From an uncultured delta proteobacterium (GTDB lineage Bacteria; Desulfobacterota; Desulfobacteria; Desulfobacterales; UBA2156): a DNA stretch of 64,000 nucleotides. The stretch spans positions 96,001-160,000 of the forward strand of contig CAVTQK010000024.1 in assembly GCA_963736855.1 (NCBI GenBank). Direction: 5' to 3'. The position numbers were made by a program, and so were the translations under genes. This document shows, one piece after another, positions 1 to 11,317 of the stretch. Every line of letters starts with the position of its first letter. The stretch's first letter is position 1. Under the pieces are notes generated by a model. It did no database searches. It was not told the origin of the DNA and saw only the letters and a program-made list of their open reading frames with translations.

Positions 1-356
1 TCGGCTTGACCCGCGACAAGGTTTATATTTGCAACGTGGTCAAATGCCGACCACCGGGGAACCGGAACCCGCTGCCCGATGAGATGGCCCGGTGTCTCCC
101 TTTTTTGAAGCGGCAGCTTTCAAGCATCCGTCCGGCAGTGATCTGTACGTTAGGGTCCGTAGCCACCCAGGCGCTCTTGGACGTCGAAACCCCCATTTCA
201 CGGCTAAGAGGTCGGTTTCATGACTATCGGGGTATTCCGGTGATGCCGACATATCACCCGGCCTACCTGCTCAGGAACCCGGAAAGGAAAAGGGATGTTT
301 GGGAAGACATGAAGCTGGTAATGTCGAGGATAGACCGAGGACTGAATGAAACTTAG
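1..356 (+). CDS. Uracil-DNA glycosylase family 4 (5'-partial)
   Basis: Motifs NVVKCRPPGNRNP, C..FL..Q and TYHPAYLLR typical of family-4 (Fe-S) UDG; ORF is open at the window start. Confidence 0.9.
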   Translation, partial: GLTRDKVYICNVVKCRPPGNRNPLPDEMARCLPFLKRQLSSIRPAVICTLGSVATQALLDVETPISRLRGRFHDYRGIPVMPTYHPAYLLRNPERKRDVWEDMKLVMSRIDRGLNET

Positions 357-1638
357 ATACCTTTTCCTGTTTCTGTCCATCATGGTTGCACTCACCCTGC
401 CCGCACCGCCGGAGGCAAGAAGCGAGACGGCGATGGTTCACGTGATCCGGGTGTCGGATACCATCAGCCCCGGTATGGCAAGTTTTATCCGCAGCGGAAT
501 CCGAAAGGCCTCCGATGAAAATTCTTCTTTGATCGTCATTGAGCTGAACACGCCCGGCGGGCTTGTTGATTCCATGCGCGACATCGTCATGACATTGTAT
601 GAGAGCAAGATTCCGGTGGTGGTCTTCGTATCTCCCAGCGGGGCCCGGGCCGCATCGGCAGGGGTCATGATCACCCTGGCCGCGGACGTGGCTGCCATGG
701 CACCGGGTACGAACATCGGAGCGGCGCACCCCGTGGGAGCCGGTGGCCAGGAGATCAACAAGACCATGTCGGAAAAGGTCACCAACGACATGGTGGCCTA
801 CATCAAAAGCATTGCGCAAAAACGAGGGAGGAACGCCGTTTGGGCCGAAAAAGCCGTTCGAGAAAGCATCTCGGCCACTGAGACCGAGGCCCTCAAGGCC
901 GGAATCATCGACCTCATCGCAAAGGACTTGGAGGACCTGATCCGGAAGCTGGACGGTCTGGAGGTCAAGGGAAAGGGGAAACTGGCTCTTTCCGACCATC
1001 AGAAGGTTTTCATCAAGGAGAACCTGAGGACAAAGATTCTCAAGACCATCAGCAATCCCAATGTGGCCTATATTCTCATGATGATCGGTCTTGCCGGTCT
1101 TTACTTCGAGCTTTCACATCCGGGGACGATTTTCCCGGGAGTTATCGGCGGGATCTGCATCATTTTGGCCTTTTTCGCCTTCCAGACCCTTCCCGTCAAT
1201 TATGCCGGGATTCTTCTCATCCTGCTTTCCATTATCTTTTTCATCCTCGAAATGAAAATCGCCAGTTACGGCATGCTGAGTGTGGCCGGCATCCTTTCTC
1301 TACTTCTGGGATCCCTGATGCTTTTTGAGGGGGACAGCCCCGAGTTCAGTCTTTCCTGGGGTGTCCTTCTTCCCACGCTGGCCGTCGTTTCGGGATTTTT
1401 TGCCGGCCTTGCGGCCCTGGTATTCAAGTCCCAGATTTCAAAGCCCAGAACCGGGACCAAGGGACTCATCGGGGAGATCGGGGTCGTGAAGAAGGACCTT
1501 AACCCGGAAGGGAAAGTCTTTGTTCACGGCGAGCTTTGGAACGCGTTTTCCAAAAACCCGATCCGGGAAGGTGCCAAGATCCGGGTAGTTCGGATGGAAA
1601 ATCTGGTCCTGGAAGTGGAAGCGATCGACGCACCCTGA
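346..1638 (+). CDS. nfeD: NfeD-family membrane-bound serine protease (ClpP-like N-domain, TM domain, OB-fold)
   Basis: Signal peptide, LNTPGGL, ARAASAG, IGAAHPV, C-terminal GKVFVHGELW; upstream of a stomatin gene. Confidence 0.92.
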   Translation: MKLRYLFLFLSIMVALTLPAPPEARSETAMVHVIRVSDTISPGMASFIRSGIRKASDENSSLIVIELNTPGGLVDSMRDIVMTLYESKIPVVVFVSPSGARAASAGVMITLAADVAAMAPGTNIGAAHPVGAGGQEINKTMSEKVTNDMVAYIKSIAQKRGRNAVWAEKAVRESISATETEALKAGIIDLIAKDLEDLIRKLDGLEVKGKGKLALSDHQKVFIKENLRTKILKTISNPNVAYILMMIGLAGLYFELSHPGTIFPGVIGGICIILAFFAFQTLPVNYAGILLILLSIIFFILEMKIASYGMLSVAGILSLLLGSLMLFEGDSPEFSLSWGVLLPTLAVVSGFFAGLAALVFKSQISKPRTGTKGLIGEIGVVKKDLNPEGKVFVHGELWNAFSKNPIREGAKIRVVRMENLVLEVEAIDAP

Positions 1639-1746
1639 AGCACATGTATTTCGTATTTTGGACGCTTTAAAACGGAAGCCGGTTCGTAACGGTTCCTATT
1701 CTTTTTCCAGCATTGGAATAGACCTCTATCCGCAAAGGAGCAGCCG

Positions 1747-2514
1747 ATGTTTACAGCCATTGCCATTGTGATTATGGCGGCCTTTTTTCTTTCCACGGCC
1801 ATTCGTATCCTAAACGAATATGAGCGCGGCGTGATCTTCCGACTCGGTCGCGTCATCCTGGCCAAGGGTCCTGGCCTCATCATCCTGATCCCCATCGTGG
1901 ACAAGATGGTCAAGGTAAGCCTGCGGCTGGTGGCCATGGATGTTGATCCCCAGGATGTGATCACCCGGGACAACGTGTCGGTGAAGGTCAACGCGGTCAT
2001 CTACTTCCGCGTAATCGATCCGGTCAAGGCCATCATCGAGGTGGAAAATTACAACTATGCCATGTCCCAGCTGGCCCAGACGACACTGCGCAGCGTCTGC
2101 GGCCAGGCGGAGCTCGACGACCTGCTGTCGGAGCGAGATAAGATCAACGCCGAACTCCAGGAGATTTTGGATACCCACACGGATCCATGGGGGATCAAGG
2201 TGGCCACGGTGGAACTCAAGCATATCGATCTTCCGTCCGAGATGCAGCGGGCCATGGCCAAGCAGGCCGAAGCGGAGCGGGAGCGGCGTGCCAAAGTGAT
2301 TAATGCAGAGGGAGAATATCAGGCCGCCGCCAAGCTGGCGGAAGCGGCGGCAATCATCCAAACACATCCGATCGCCCTTCAACTGCGATACCTGCAGACC
2401 GTGCGTGAGATGGCTGCTGAGAATAACACCACCACCATTTTTCCGGTGCCCCTGGATCTTTTCAAGCCCTTCTTTAGTGCTGCAAGAAAAGCCGTGGAGG
2501 AAGATAAAGCATGA
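1747..2514 (+). CDS. SPFH/stomatin (slipin) family protein
   Basis: [52 protein letters not shown] upstream. Confidence 0.95.
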   Translation: MFTAIAIVIMAAFFLSTAIRILNEYERGVIFRLGRVILAKGPGLIILIPIVDKMVKVSLRLVAMDVDPQDVITRDNVSVKVNAVIYFRVIDPVKAIIEVENYNYAMSQLAQTTLRSVCGQAELDDLLSERDKINAELQEILDTHTDPWGIKVATVELKHIDLPSEMQRAMAKQAEAERERRAKVINAEGEYQAAAKLAEAAAIIQTHPIALQLRYLQTVREMAAENNTTTIFPVPLDLFKPFFSAARKAVEEDKA

Positions 2515-2744
2515 CGGAGCTTTTGAGCCTTGGACCCAAACGGAGTCCATGGTATCCTGTCCTCACTAAGGACGGAAGAAACTGTTGACATATTCGACTC
2601 AAATTGTTACATAAATAACTTTACATCGGAAAATCGACAGGCTGAACGACTGGGACGAACCCGGACATCGGGGATCGACTAACTTTTCAACGGCGGGGGC
2701 GACAGGCCTCCGTTTGTGCTTTCAAATCCGACTGGGGGTATGCA

Positions 2745-3071
2745 ATGAGCAAAAAGAAAAAGGGAGAAAAGGAAAAACCGCTCGACAAGATGACCGTCAA
2801 AGAATTAAGGGAGATCGCCTTGGGAATGCCAGAAATATCGGGTGTTCACGGAAAAAACAAGTTCGAACTCCTTGCCGCCATTAAGAAATCCAAGGGGATG
2901 GTGGATGATTCACCTAAAAAAGCAGACTCTTCTTTGCGGGAATTAAAGAAAAAGGTGAGAGAGTTCAAGAAGAAACAGACGACTGCCCTGGAGGCGAAGG
3001 ATGCCAAGATGACCAATATCTATCGTAAAAAGGTCTCCCGGCTTAAGAAAAAGACCCGGAGGTCTGTTTGA
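2745..3071 (+). CDS. Small basic protein with Rho N-terminal-like domain
   Basis: LDKMTVKELREIA...GVHGKNKFELLAAI resembles the Rho_N helix-extension-helix; Lys-rich C-terminal coil. Confidence 0.65.
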   Translation: MSKKKKGEKEKPLDKMTVKELREIALGMPEISGVHGKNKFELLAAIKKSKGMVDDSPKKADSSLRELKKKVREFKKKQTTALEAKDAKMTNIYRKKVSRLKKKTRRSV

Positions 3072-3694
3072 GGGTTATTCAGCGAGAAAATATTGAAGGA
3101 GAGACGCTTCCTTTCACAGGTGGCCGGATCGATCCGACAAGGCTGGCCTTTGATTTCGATGGGGTATTTGCCGACACCATGCATCTGTTTTTGGAAATTG
3201 CCCATCAGGAATTTCGGGTAGACGGCATCCGTTATGAGGACATCACGTGTTACGATTTGGAGAGCTGCATCGATATGGATCCCGGGGTCATCCATGCGAT
3301 CATTGAACAAATCTTGGAAGGCAGCCACATCATTCCCTTACGACCCATGAATGAGGCTCCTTGGGTGATTTCCCGAATCCTCCGTCGGCATGCACCGGTA
3401 CTCTTCGTGACGGCTCGAACGGATCCAAAACCGGTCCTCAAATGGATGAAAGAAGTCTTGGGTCAAAATTCGAGTGCCATCGAGATCGTGGCGACCGGGA
3501 CATACGACAGGAAGGCTGAGGTTCTTTTGGATCGGAGCGTTTCGTATTTTGTTGAGGATCGGCTGGAGACCTGTTTTGCCCTGGATGCCGCCGGCGTGAA
3601 GCCGATAGTATACCGTCAACCGTGGAACCGGGCGCTGCATCCCTTTCCGGAAGTCGGTTCATGGGAGGAGCTTCAACTGCTCATCGATATATAA
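3068..3694 (+). CDS. HAD-superfamily hydrolase (5'(3')-deoxyribonucleotidase-like)
   Basis: FDFDGVFADT motif I, VTAR motif II, FVEDR motif IV, QPWN; start uncertain. Confidence 0.8.
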   Translation: MRVIQRENIEGETLPFTGGRIDPTRLAFDFDGVFADTMHLFLEIAHQEFRVDGIRYEDITCYDLESCIDMDPGVIHAIIEQILEGSHIIPLRPMNEAPWVISRILRRHAPVLFVTARTDPKPVLKWMKEVLGQNSSAIEIVATGTYDRKAEVLLDRSVSYFVEDRLETCFALDAAGVKPIVYRQPWNRALHPFPEVGSWEELQLLIDI

Positions 3695-3707
3695 ATGGCT
3701 CGGATTT

Positions 3708-4652
3708 ATGGATGTAAAAAACCTAAAAGACAGGGTTTTTCAGTTTGTGGAATCCCTGTCATCAGAAAAAGGGTATTCCGCCAATACCTGCCGGGCTTAT
3801 GAGCAGGATCTTGCGGAATTTGTCGGATTCATGGATGAGGACGCTAGCTCACCGGATACACAAGGAAAAAGCCGAAAAGGGACCTTCGATGAAGTGGGTG
3901 TGAATGATATTCGTGCCTATCTGGCGATGCTGCACAACAAAAACCAAAAAGCGACAATCGCCAGAAAACTGGCCGCCCTGCGTTCTTTTTACCATTTTTT
4001 GACCAAACACGGAATGGCTCAGATAAACCCGGCCGAGCTGGTGCGCACTCCGAAGCAGGGGCGTTTCCTTCCCACGTATCTTTCGGTGGACGACATGTTC
4101 CGCCTGCTGGACTCTATTGATACATCACATCTGGCGGGATTGAGGGACCGCGCCATTTTTGAGACCCTTTATTCCACGGGAATCCGCGTCTCAGAACTGG
4201 CTCTCCTGGATGTTTCTCATTTGGATTTTTTAAAGGGGCTGATCCGTGTTTTTGGGAAAGGAAACAAGGAGCGCATCGTTCCGATCGGGGAAAAAGCCCT
4301 GGGTTCAATTTCACGATATCGGGAAAAGCTGGAATCCGATGACAAGTTCCAAAAGGCAAAAAAAGGCAAAAAGGAAAATCCGTTGTTCCTGAACAAGGAT
4401 TTCAGCCGGCTCAGCACACGGTCCATTGCACGGATTTTAGATCGAATTGCCCGGGAATGCGGTTTCACAATGGAAGTCCATCCCCATGCGCTGCGGCATT
4501 CTTTTGCCACCCACATGCTGGATGCCGGCGCTGATTTGCGTGCGGTCCAGGAGCTGCTGGGACACCAGAGCCTTTCCACCACCCAGAAGTACACTCATGT
4601 CAGCATCGACAGACTCATGGAGACCTATGACAAGGCCCATCCCCGGAAATAG
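3708..4652 (+). CDS. xerC: Tyrosine recombinase XerC
   Basis: YSTGIRVSEL, GKGNKERIVP, HPHALRHSFATHML, VQELLGHQSLSTTQKYTH, ends AHPR. Confidence 0.9.
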   Translation: MDVKNLKDRVFQFVESLSSEKGYSANTCRAYEQDLAEFVGFMDEDASSPDTQGKSRKGTFDEVGVNDIRAYLAMLHNKNQKATIARKLAALRSFYHFLTKHGMAQINPAELVRTPKQGRFLPTYLSVDDMFRLLDSIDTSHLAGLRDRAIFETLYSTGIRVSELALLDVSHLDFLKGLIRVFGKGNKERIVPIGEKALGSISRYREKLESDDKFQKAKKGKKENPLFLNKDFSRLSTRSIARILDRIARECGFTMEVHPHALRHSFATHMLDAGADLRAVQELLGHQSLSTTQKYTHVSIDRLMETYDKAHPRK

Positions 4653-4663
4653 TTCATCCAAGA

Positions 4664-4820
4664 ACGATGGCTTCGTAAAAAGTCCATCTGCTGCGTTGCA
4701 CCACATCCTTCGTCATTGCGGCGTACCCATATGTACACCTCATTTCTCAGGATTTGCGCGCCTTGCATCTGAAGCTTTTTACTTTGCCATCCCAATTTTG
4801 AGTTTTTACGATTTCATCAA
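4664..4820. repeat. 157-bp REPIN/MITE-like element, family A copy 1
   Basis: Imperfect inverted termini (GATGGCTTCGTAAAAA ... TTTTTACGATTTCATCAA); near-identical to 11138-11294 and 15465-15621 in opposite orientation. Confidence 0.9.
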
Positions 4821-4838
4821 GAATTAGAGGCAAGGAAA

Positions 4839-5741
4839 ATGGATCATCATGTGGCGGATATCCTGATCGAGGCGCTCCCTTATATCCGACGCTTTTCGGG
4901 CATGACCCTGGTCATCAAGTACGGCGGACATGCCATGGTCGAGGACCAACTCAAGGAGGATTTTGCTCGAGACGCCACCCTGCTTAAGTTCATCGGCATC
5001 CACCCTGTCATCGTCCACGGAGGGGGGCCCCAAATCAATGAGGTCATGGACAAAATGGGAATGCAGCCTCGGTTTATGCGGGGGATGCGCCTTACCGACG
5101 AGGCCACCATGGATGTGGTTGAGATGGTCCTGGGTGGAAAGATCAACAAGGCCATCGTCGCCCAGATCAATCAGCATGGAGGAAAAGCCGTCGGTTTGAC
5201 CGGGAAGGACGGCGGGCTCATCCTCGCTACAAAACTTCACATCGTGCATCAAGAAGATGCCACCAAACCCCCCGAAATCATCGATCCGGGTTTAGTGGGA
5301 AACGTCGCACGAGTGAACGCGGAACTGATCCAGACGCTGTCTTCTAATGGATTCATTCCGGTCATTGCCCCGGTGGGAGCAGGGGAGTCCGGAGAAACTT
5401 ACAACATCAACGCGGACCTGGTGGCCGGTAAAATCGCCTCGGCCTTGAAAGCCGCCCGCCTCATCTTCCTGACTGATGTGGACGGGGTCTTGGATTCCGA
5501 TGGAAAACTCATTTCTTCGCTGGACACGGCTTCGGTTTCCCGGATGATTACCGAAAAGATCATCTCCGGCGGGATGATCCCCAAGATCGAGTATGCCATG
5601 GATGCCCTGGAAAACGGAGTTCAAAAAGTTCAGATCATCAACGGCCGGCGCCGTCACGCCCTGCTTCTCGAGCTTTTTACAGACAAGGGGATCGGTACGG
5701 AAATCGCGGCAAAAGCATCTGAAAGCAAAAAATACGAATGA
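4839..5741 (+). CDS. argB: Acetylglutamate kinase
   Basis: [44 protein letters not shown]. Confidence 0.97.
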   Translation: MDHHVADILIEALPYIRRFSGMTLVIKYGGHAMVEDQLKEDFARDATLLKFIGIHPVIVHGGGPQINEVMDKMGMQPRFMRGMRLTDEATMDVVEMVLGGKINKAIVAQINQHGGKAVGLTGKDGGLILATKLHIVHQEDATKPPEIIDPGLVGNVARVNAELIQTLSSNGFIPVIAPVGAGESGETYNINADLVAGKIASALKAARLIFLTDVDGVLDSDGKLISSLDTASVSRMITEKIISGGMIPKIEYAMDALENGVQKVQIINGRRRHALLLELFTDKGIGTEIAAKASESKKYE

Positions 5742-5772
5742 TCATGAAACCATATAGAGAGAGAAGTAACGC

Positions 5773-6948
5773 ATGAATGAGATCATCCACCAGGCGGACC
5801 AGGTTCTGGCCTCCACCTACAAGAGGCAGCCCCTTCTTTTGAATAAGGGTCAGGGGTATCGGCTCTGGGATTCCGAAGGCCGGGAGTATCTTGATTTTAT
5901 AGCCGGAATTGCCGTGTGCAGCCTGGGACATGCCCACCCGAGAATCGCCAAAGTCCTCTACGCCCAGGCAAACATGCTGGTTCACGTTTCCAACCTGTAT
6001 TATACTCAACCTCAGGTGGAACTGGCTTCCCGACTGGTCCAAAACAGCTTCGCCGATCGGGTCTTTTTCTGTAATAGCGGGGCCGAAGCCAATGAGGCGG
6101 CCATCAAACTGGCCCGGCGGTACTTTAAACAAAAGGGGGAGCCCCACCGGTATCGCATTATCACCATGGAACAATCCTTCCATGGCCGTACCATGGCGAC
6201 CCTTTCAGCCACCGGCCAGAAAAAGGTGAGAGACGGTTTTGAACCCTTGTTGGACGGGTTTGATTTCGTCCCTTTCAACGACTTCGATACCCTGTCCCAG
6301 GCGGTAGGCCCCAATACCTGTGCCGTGATGCTGGAGCCTGTTCAGGGAGAGGGAGGCGTCCGCTGCGCGGATCCGGCCTATCTTCTGGCGGTTAGAAACC
6401 TGTGCGATCAGATGAACCTGCTGCTGATTTTCGATGAAATTCAGACCGGGATGGGGCGTACGGGAAAACTCTTTGCCTATGAACACTTTGGGATTGTGCC
6501 GGATATCATGACGTTGGCCAAGGCCCTGGCCAACGGTCTTCCCATGGGCGCCATGCTGGCCAAAGAGAGCGTGGCAAAAGGTTTCGGCCCAGGCTCCCAT
6601 GCCTCCACCTTCGGAGGGACTCCATTAATTTGCGCTGCGGCCCTGGAGGTCCTGAAGATATTTGAAGAAGACAAGATCCTAGAAAAGTGCACGGCCACAG
6701 GCGCCTATTTTCGAAAAGCCCTCATGGAATTGAAATCACGCCATATATCGGTGATCGATGTTCGGGGGATGGGGCTTCTGCTGGGAGTAGAAATTGCCGG
6801 AGAGGGTGACGCTATAGTGGCGGCATGCCGGGAAAGGGGTTTTTTAATCAACTGTGTCCAGGAAAAGGTATTGCGATTTGCCCCGCCGCTGATCATCGAT
6901 ACGGAAGCTATCGACGCCCTCATCCGCTGCCTGGATGAATTGCTCTAG
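5773..6948 (+). CDS. argD: Acetylornithine aminotransferase
   Basis: FCNSGAEANE, SFHGRT, EPVQGEGG, DEIQTGMGRTG, TLAKAL; in arg operon. Confidence 0.93.
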   Translation: MNEIIHQADQVLASTYKRQPLLLNKGQGYRLWDSEGREYLDFIAGIAVCSLGHAHPRIAKVLYAQANMLVHVSNLYYTQPQVELASRLVQNSFADRVFFCNSGAEANEAAIKLARRYFKQKGEPHRYRIITMEQSFHGRTMATLSATGQKKVRDGFEPLLDGFDFVPFNDFDTLSQAVGPNTCAVMLEPVQGEGGVRCADPAYLLAVRNLCDQMNLLLIFDEIQTGMGRTGKLFAYEHFGIVPDIMTLAKALANGLPMGAMLAKESVAKGFGPGSHASTFGGTPLICAAALEVLKIFEEDKILEKCTATGAYFRKALMELKSRHISVIDVRGMGLLLGVEIAGEGDAIVAACRERGFLINCVQEKVLRFAPPLIIDTEAIDALIRCLDELL

Positions 6949-6993
6949 ACGTGCACCGGTATCGAGATGAAACGCCTTAAGGGAGAAACGCCC

Positions 6994-7911
6994 ATGAAAA
7001 AAGACATCTTGACACTTTTGGGTCTTTCCGCCCGGGAAATGGAGGATCTTTTTCGAATGGCGATCCGGCTGAAGGAGGAAAAAAAGGCCGGTATCACCTC
7101 TTCGGCACTGGCCGGAAAATCTTTGGGTCTTCTTTTCGACAAACCTTCTACACGGACCCGGATCAGTTTCGAAGCGGCCATGATTCAGCTTGGGGGAACG
7201 TCGGTTTTCATCGGCGCCTCGGACAGCCAGATCTCGCGGGGCGAACCGGCCAGGGACACGGCGAGGGTGCTGTCCCGCTACCTGGATGCATTGGCCATCC
7301 GCACCTTCTCCCAGGACCTGCTCAATGAGTTTGCCGAGTTTTCAACCATTCCTGTAATCAACGCCTTGACGGACCGCTACCATCCTTGCCAGGTACTGAG
7401 CGATTTGATGACGGTGATCGAAAAAAAGGGGGGATATCGTGGGATCAAGATCGTATGGGTGGGAGATGGAAACAATGTGGCGCATTCCTGGATCAACGCC
7501 GCGGCGGTGTTGGGTTTCGATCTGACGCTGGCATGCCCTCAGGCCTATATGCCCGACGCCCAGGTGATTCAGGATGCCCGGAAACTGGGAAAGGGGAATA
7601 TCGTTCTAACCGACGACCCGGTGAAAGCTGTTGCGGGGGCAGATGTTGTCTATACGGATGTGTGGGCCAGTATGGGACAAGAAAGGGAGCATAGTATCCG
7701 AAAGTCGGTTTTCAGACCTTTTTGCGTGAACGAAGCCCTCTTGGAAAATGCCGAAAGTGATGTGATCATCATGCATTGCCTCCCGGCACACCGGGGAGAG
7801 GAGATCAGCGAGTTGGTCCTGGAAGGGCCGCACTCCGTGGTATGGGATCAATCGGAAAACAAGCTGCATATGCACAAGGCCATCTTGTTGAAATGCATCG
7901 GATGGAAATGA
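6994..7911 (+). CDS. argF: Ornithine carbamoyltransferase
   Basis: STRTR, HPCQ, DVWASMG, HCLP; ATG at 6994 follows AAGGGAG (alternative start 6967). Confidence 0.96.
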   Translation: MKKDILTLLGLSAREMEDLFRMAIRLKEEKKAGITSSALAGKSLGLLFDKPSTRTRISFEAAMIQLGGTSVFIGASDSQISRGEPARDTARVLSRYLDALAIRTFSQDLLNEFAEFSTIPVINALTDRYHPCQVLSDLMTVIEKKGGYRGIKIVWVGDGNNVAHSWINAAAVLGFDLTLACPQAYMPDAQVIQDARKLGKGNIVLTDDPVKAVAGADVVYTDVWASMGQEREHSIRKSVFRPFCVNEALLENAESDVIIMHCLPAHRGEEISELVLEGPHSVVWDQSENKLHMHKAILLKCIGWK

Positions 7912-7963
7912 TGCGTGGCGGGCGCAGCCTAGACTTTACGGACAGGAGGATCGATTTGGCGAT

Positions 7964-9172
7964 ATGAAGGGAAAAATTCAGAAAGTGGTGCTGGCCTATT
8001 CCGGAGGGCTCGATACCTCCGTAATCTTGAAGTGGCTCATCGAGACTTATGGTTGCAACGTGATCACCTTTTCGGCGGACATCGGCCAGGAAGAAGAACT
8101 GGAGTTTATCCCCCAAAAAGCCAAAGCCACCGGCGCATCCAAAGTTTATGTAGAGGATTTAAAAGAGACGTTCGTCAAGGATTTTGTCTTTCCCGCTTTC
8201 AGGGCCAACGCCTTATATGAAGGGCAGTATTTACTGGGGACTTCCCTGGCCCGACCCTTGATTGCAAAGCGCCAGGTGGAGATTGCACGGATGGAAGGAG
8301 CGGATGCCGTGAGCCACGGGGCTACAGGCAAAGGGAACGATCAGGTCCGGTTTGAGCTGACCTATCTGGCCTTGGAGCCCGGAATCCGGATCATCGCGCC
8401 ATGGCGGGAATGGTCTTTCAAATCGAGAAGCGACTTGATGGCTTTTGCCAAAACGCACCACATCCCGGTTCCGACAAGCCCGGCCAAACCTTACAGCGTG
8501 GACCGCAACCTCCTGCACATCAGCTATGAAGGGGGTCTTCTGGAAGACCCCTGGCAGGCTCCTCCGGAAGATTTATTTACGCTCTCCGTGCCTCCTGAAA
8601 AGGCGCCGGATAGGCCTGAGGTCACCGAGATTGCATTTGAAAAGGGTAACCCCGTGGCAGTCGATGGAGAGCGACTTTCTCCTGCATCGCTTTTAGCACG
8701 CGTCAACCGCATGGCCGGAAAGCACGGCATCGGACGTGCCGATGTCGTTGAAAACCGATTCGTAGGTATGAAATCCCGGGGGGTCTATGAAACACCGGGC
8801 GGAACCCTCCTCAGGGCCGCGCACATCGCCATGGAATCCATCACCATGGACAGGGAAGTGATGCATTTGCGTGATTCTCTTATTACTAAATACAGCGAGA
8901 TGGTTTATTACGGATTCTGGTTTTCTCCGGAGATGCAAATGCTTCAAAAAGTCATGGATGAGGCCCAGACGGATGTCTCGGGTGTCGTCCGCATGAAGCT
9001 TTACAAGGGAAGCTGCACCGTTTTGGGAAGACGGTCGGACGCTTCTCTTTACCGGGAGGATTTTGCCACCTTCGAGGACGATACGGTATATAGCCAGAAA
9101 GATGCCGAAGGGTTCATCCGTATCAATGCGCTTCGGTTGCGTATCCGCAAGATGCTTCAGGAGAAACGATAA
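7964..9172 (+). CDS. argG: Argininosuccinate synthase
   Basis: [32 protein letters not shown]. Confidence 0.98.
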   Translation: MKGKIQKVVLAYSGGLDTSVILKWLIETYGCNVITFSADIGQEEELEFIPQKAKATGASKVYVEDLKETFVKDFVFPAFRANALYEGQYLLGTSLARPLIAKRQVEIARMEGADAVSHGATGKGNDQVRFELTYLALEPGIRIIAPWREWSFKSRSDLMAFAKTHHIPVPTSPAKPYSVDRNLLHISYEGGLLEDPWQAPPEDLFTLSVPPEKAPDRPEVTEIAFEKGNPVAVDGERLSPASLLARVNRMAGKHGIGRADVVENRFVGMKSRGVYETPGGTLLRAAHIAMESITMDREVMHLRDSLITKYSEMVYYGFWFSPEMQMLQKVMDEAQTDVSGVVRMKLYKGSCTVLGRRSDASLYREDFATFEDDTVYSQKDAEGFIRINALRLRIRKMLQEKR

Positions 9173-9203
9173 GGGCGAAAATATACTATCGCGAGGTAGA
9201 AAG

Positions 9204-10640
9204 ATGACGGAAAAGCTTTGGGGAGGACGCTTCTCGGAACGTACCGACCGGATTACGGAAGCATTTACCTCATCCATTGATGTGGACCGACGCCTGTATG
9301 CTTATGACATCGAAGGGAGCATTGCCCATTGCAAGACGCTCGCTAAAGCCGGTGTGATCACACAACAAGAGGCGGATACACTGATCCAGGGGCTGATCCG
9401 GATTAAAAGAGATATTGAACACCGAAAATTCGAACTGGATGAAAGCCTGGAAGACATTCACATGAACATCGAGGCCAGGCTCATCCATGACCTGGGAAAA
9501 GTCGCCCAGAAGCTGCACACCGCCCGGAGTCGAAACGATCAAATCGTTCTGGACGTGAGGATGTTTCTCAGGGATGAAAGCCTTGCCATCATTCAGGACC
9601 TTTTGCGTTTGCGGAAAACCGTCGTTAATCTTGCCGAAGCCAACATCGATGTCTTTCTTCCCGGATATACCCACCTGCAGAGGGCGCAGCCGGTTCTGTT
9701 GTCTCATCACCTTATGGCTTATTATGAGATGTTCACCCGAGATTTCGAACGATTTCAAGAAACCCTGCGCCGCATTGACGTGATGCCTTTGGGAAGTGCG
9801 GCGCTGGCCGGAACCACTTATCCCATCGATCGTCATTACACTGCAACCCTTCTGCACTTTCCAAAAGTCGCTCCCAACAGCATCGACGCAGTTTCGGACC
9901 GCGATTTCATCCTGGAGTTTTTATCCGATGCCGCTATAGCCATGGTCCACCTGAGCCGAATGTCGGAAGAGCTGATTCTCTGGTCTTCTTCGGAGTTTAA
10001 TTTCATCGAAATTCCGGATGCCTTTGCCACGGGAAGCAGCATCATGCCTCAGAAAAAAAATCCGGATGTTCCCGAGCTGACCAGAGGAAAAACCGGGATT
10101 GTTTTTGGAAACCTCATGGCGATGCTGACCCTCATGAAGGGTCTTCCCCTCTCCTATAACCGGGATATGCAGGAGGACAAGATATTGTTATTCCAGGGGA
10201 CCGATACCCTCAAGGCTTGCCTGGGAGTCTTTGCTGCAATGCTGCCCAAGATCCAATTCAATGCCGAAGTCATGGGACGGGCAACAGCATCCGGATTCCT
10301 CAATGCTACGGACATGGCCGATTATCTCGTGTCCAAAGGGATGGTGTTCCGGGATGCGCATCAATGCGTTGGAGAGGTCGTGAAATACGCCTTGTCCCAG
10401 GGAAAGGAACTCCAAGAGCTTTCCCTCGATGAGCTTAAATCCTTTTCTTCATCCATTGAAAAGGATATTTACGCGATTCTGGAAACCGAAGCCATGATCA
10501 ACCGTCGAACCTCCTTCGGAGGGACGGCCAAACGATGTGTTTTATCAGCCATCGAAACAGCCAAAGCCATCCTTGAAAAAGAGGATAAGGATGGGGATGC
10601 CAGCACACGGAAGGTACAGGAAAAGGATTCCCTCTTTTAG
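9204..10640 (+). CDS. argH: Argininosuccinate lyase
   Basis: Starts MTEKLWGGRF; HTARSRNDQ, GYTHLQ, GSSIMPQKKNPD. Confidence 0.97.
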   Translation: MTEKLWGGRFSERTDRITEAFTSSIDVDRRLYAYDIEGSIAHCKTLAKAGVITQQEADTLIQGLIRIKRDIEHRKFELDESLEDIHMNIEARLIHDLGKVAQKLHTARSRNDQIVLDVRMFLRDESLAIIQDLLRLRKTVVNLAEANIDVFLPGYTHLQRAQPVLLSHHLMAYYEMFTRDFERFQETLRRIDVMPLGSAALAGTTYPIDRHYTATLLHFPKVAPNSIDAVSDRDFILEFLSDAAIAMVHLSRMSEELILWSSSEFNFIEIPDAFATGSSIMPQKKNPDVPELTRGKTGIVFGNLMAMLTLMKGLPLSYNRDMQEDKILLFQGTDTLKACLGVFAAMLPKIQFNAEVMGRATASGFLNATDMADYLVSKGMVFRDAHQCVGEVVKYALSQGKELQELSLDELKSFSSSIEKDIYAILETEAMINRRTSFGGTAKRCVLSAIETAKAILEKEDKDGDASTRKVQEKDSLF

Positions 10641-10649
10641 GGAAAGCAC

Positions 10650-11108
10650 ATGAGAAGATCGGTTCAAGAACGCATCACCGCTTTTTTAATTTTTATTTCC
10701 GCGATTTTTTTGATACAAGGATGCGGTATCAAACGGTCTCCGGTCATTCCGCAGCAGGGTCCTTTGCCGGCCGTCAATGATTTGCGCCTGACCCGGGGAC
10801 CCCAAGGAATCTGGCTGACCTGGTCCATGCCCGAAACACCGTCGGTGGATCCCTTTGACCTGGCCGGTTTTATGATCCATCGCTCCAAGACAGAAGCGGC
10901 CGGCATGGTGTGCCAAGATTGCCCGATCCTGTTCGAGCGCCTTACCCGGGTGCCGATGGAAACTCGGAATGATCCAATAACAGGTGCACTAGTCTTTGTT
11001 TTTGAGGATCGGCCGATAGCGGGTTTCAATTATGTCTACAAAGTAACTCTATTGGACAAAGAAGGCCGGGAAGGCCCGGATTCCAACAGAGTGGAAGTGT
11101 TTTTTTAG
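10650..11108 (+). CDS. Lipoprotein with LptM/YifL-like N-terminus and fibronectin-III-like C-terminal domain
   Basis: Lipobox IQG-C, then GIKRSPVIP; CQDC motif; YVYKV...EGPDSN beta-sandwich end; lies between argH and lysA. Confidence 0.65.
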   Translation: MRRSVQERITAFLIFISAIFLIQGCGIKRSPVIPQQGPLPAVNDLRLTRGPQGIWLTWSMPETPSVDPFDLAGFMIHRSKTEAAGMVCQDCPILFERLTRVPMETRNDPITGALVFVFEDRPIAGFNYVYKVTLLDKEGREGPDSNRVEVFF

Positions 11109-11137
11109 AGTTTATATTTTTTTAGGTTCATCAAAGT

Positions 11138-11294
11138 TTGATGAAATCGTAAAAACTCAAAATTAGGATGGCAAAGTAAAAAGCTTCAGATGCAAGGCGC
11201 GCAAATCCTGAGGAATGAGGCATACATATGGGTACACCGCAATGACGAAGGATGCAGTGCAACGCAGCAGATGGACTTTTTACGAAGCCATCAA
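11138..11294. repeat. 157-bp REPIN/MITE-like element, family A copy 2
   Basis: TTGATGAAATCGTAAAAA ... TTTTTACGAAGCCATCAA; reverse-complement match to 4664-4820. Confidence 0.9.
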
Positions 11295-11317
11295 GTTTTA
11301 TTCAAAGCGAGAATAGA

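Noticed and set aside
2585..2744. Leader with TTGACA and a GC-rich hairpin as a riboswitch or ncRNA
   Set aside because: No recognisable aptamer consensus and only a weak -10; an Rfam search would be needed
3708..4652. Tyrosine recombinase as an integron or phage integrase
   Set aside because: It has XerC signatures, lacks the IntI insertion, sits among housekeeping genes, and I saw no attC array
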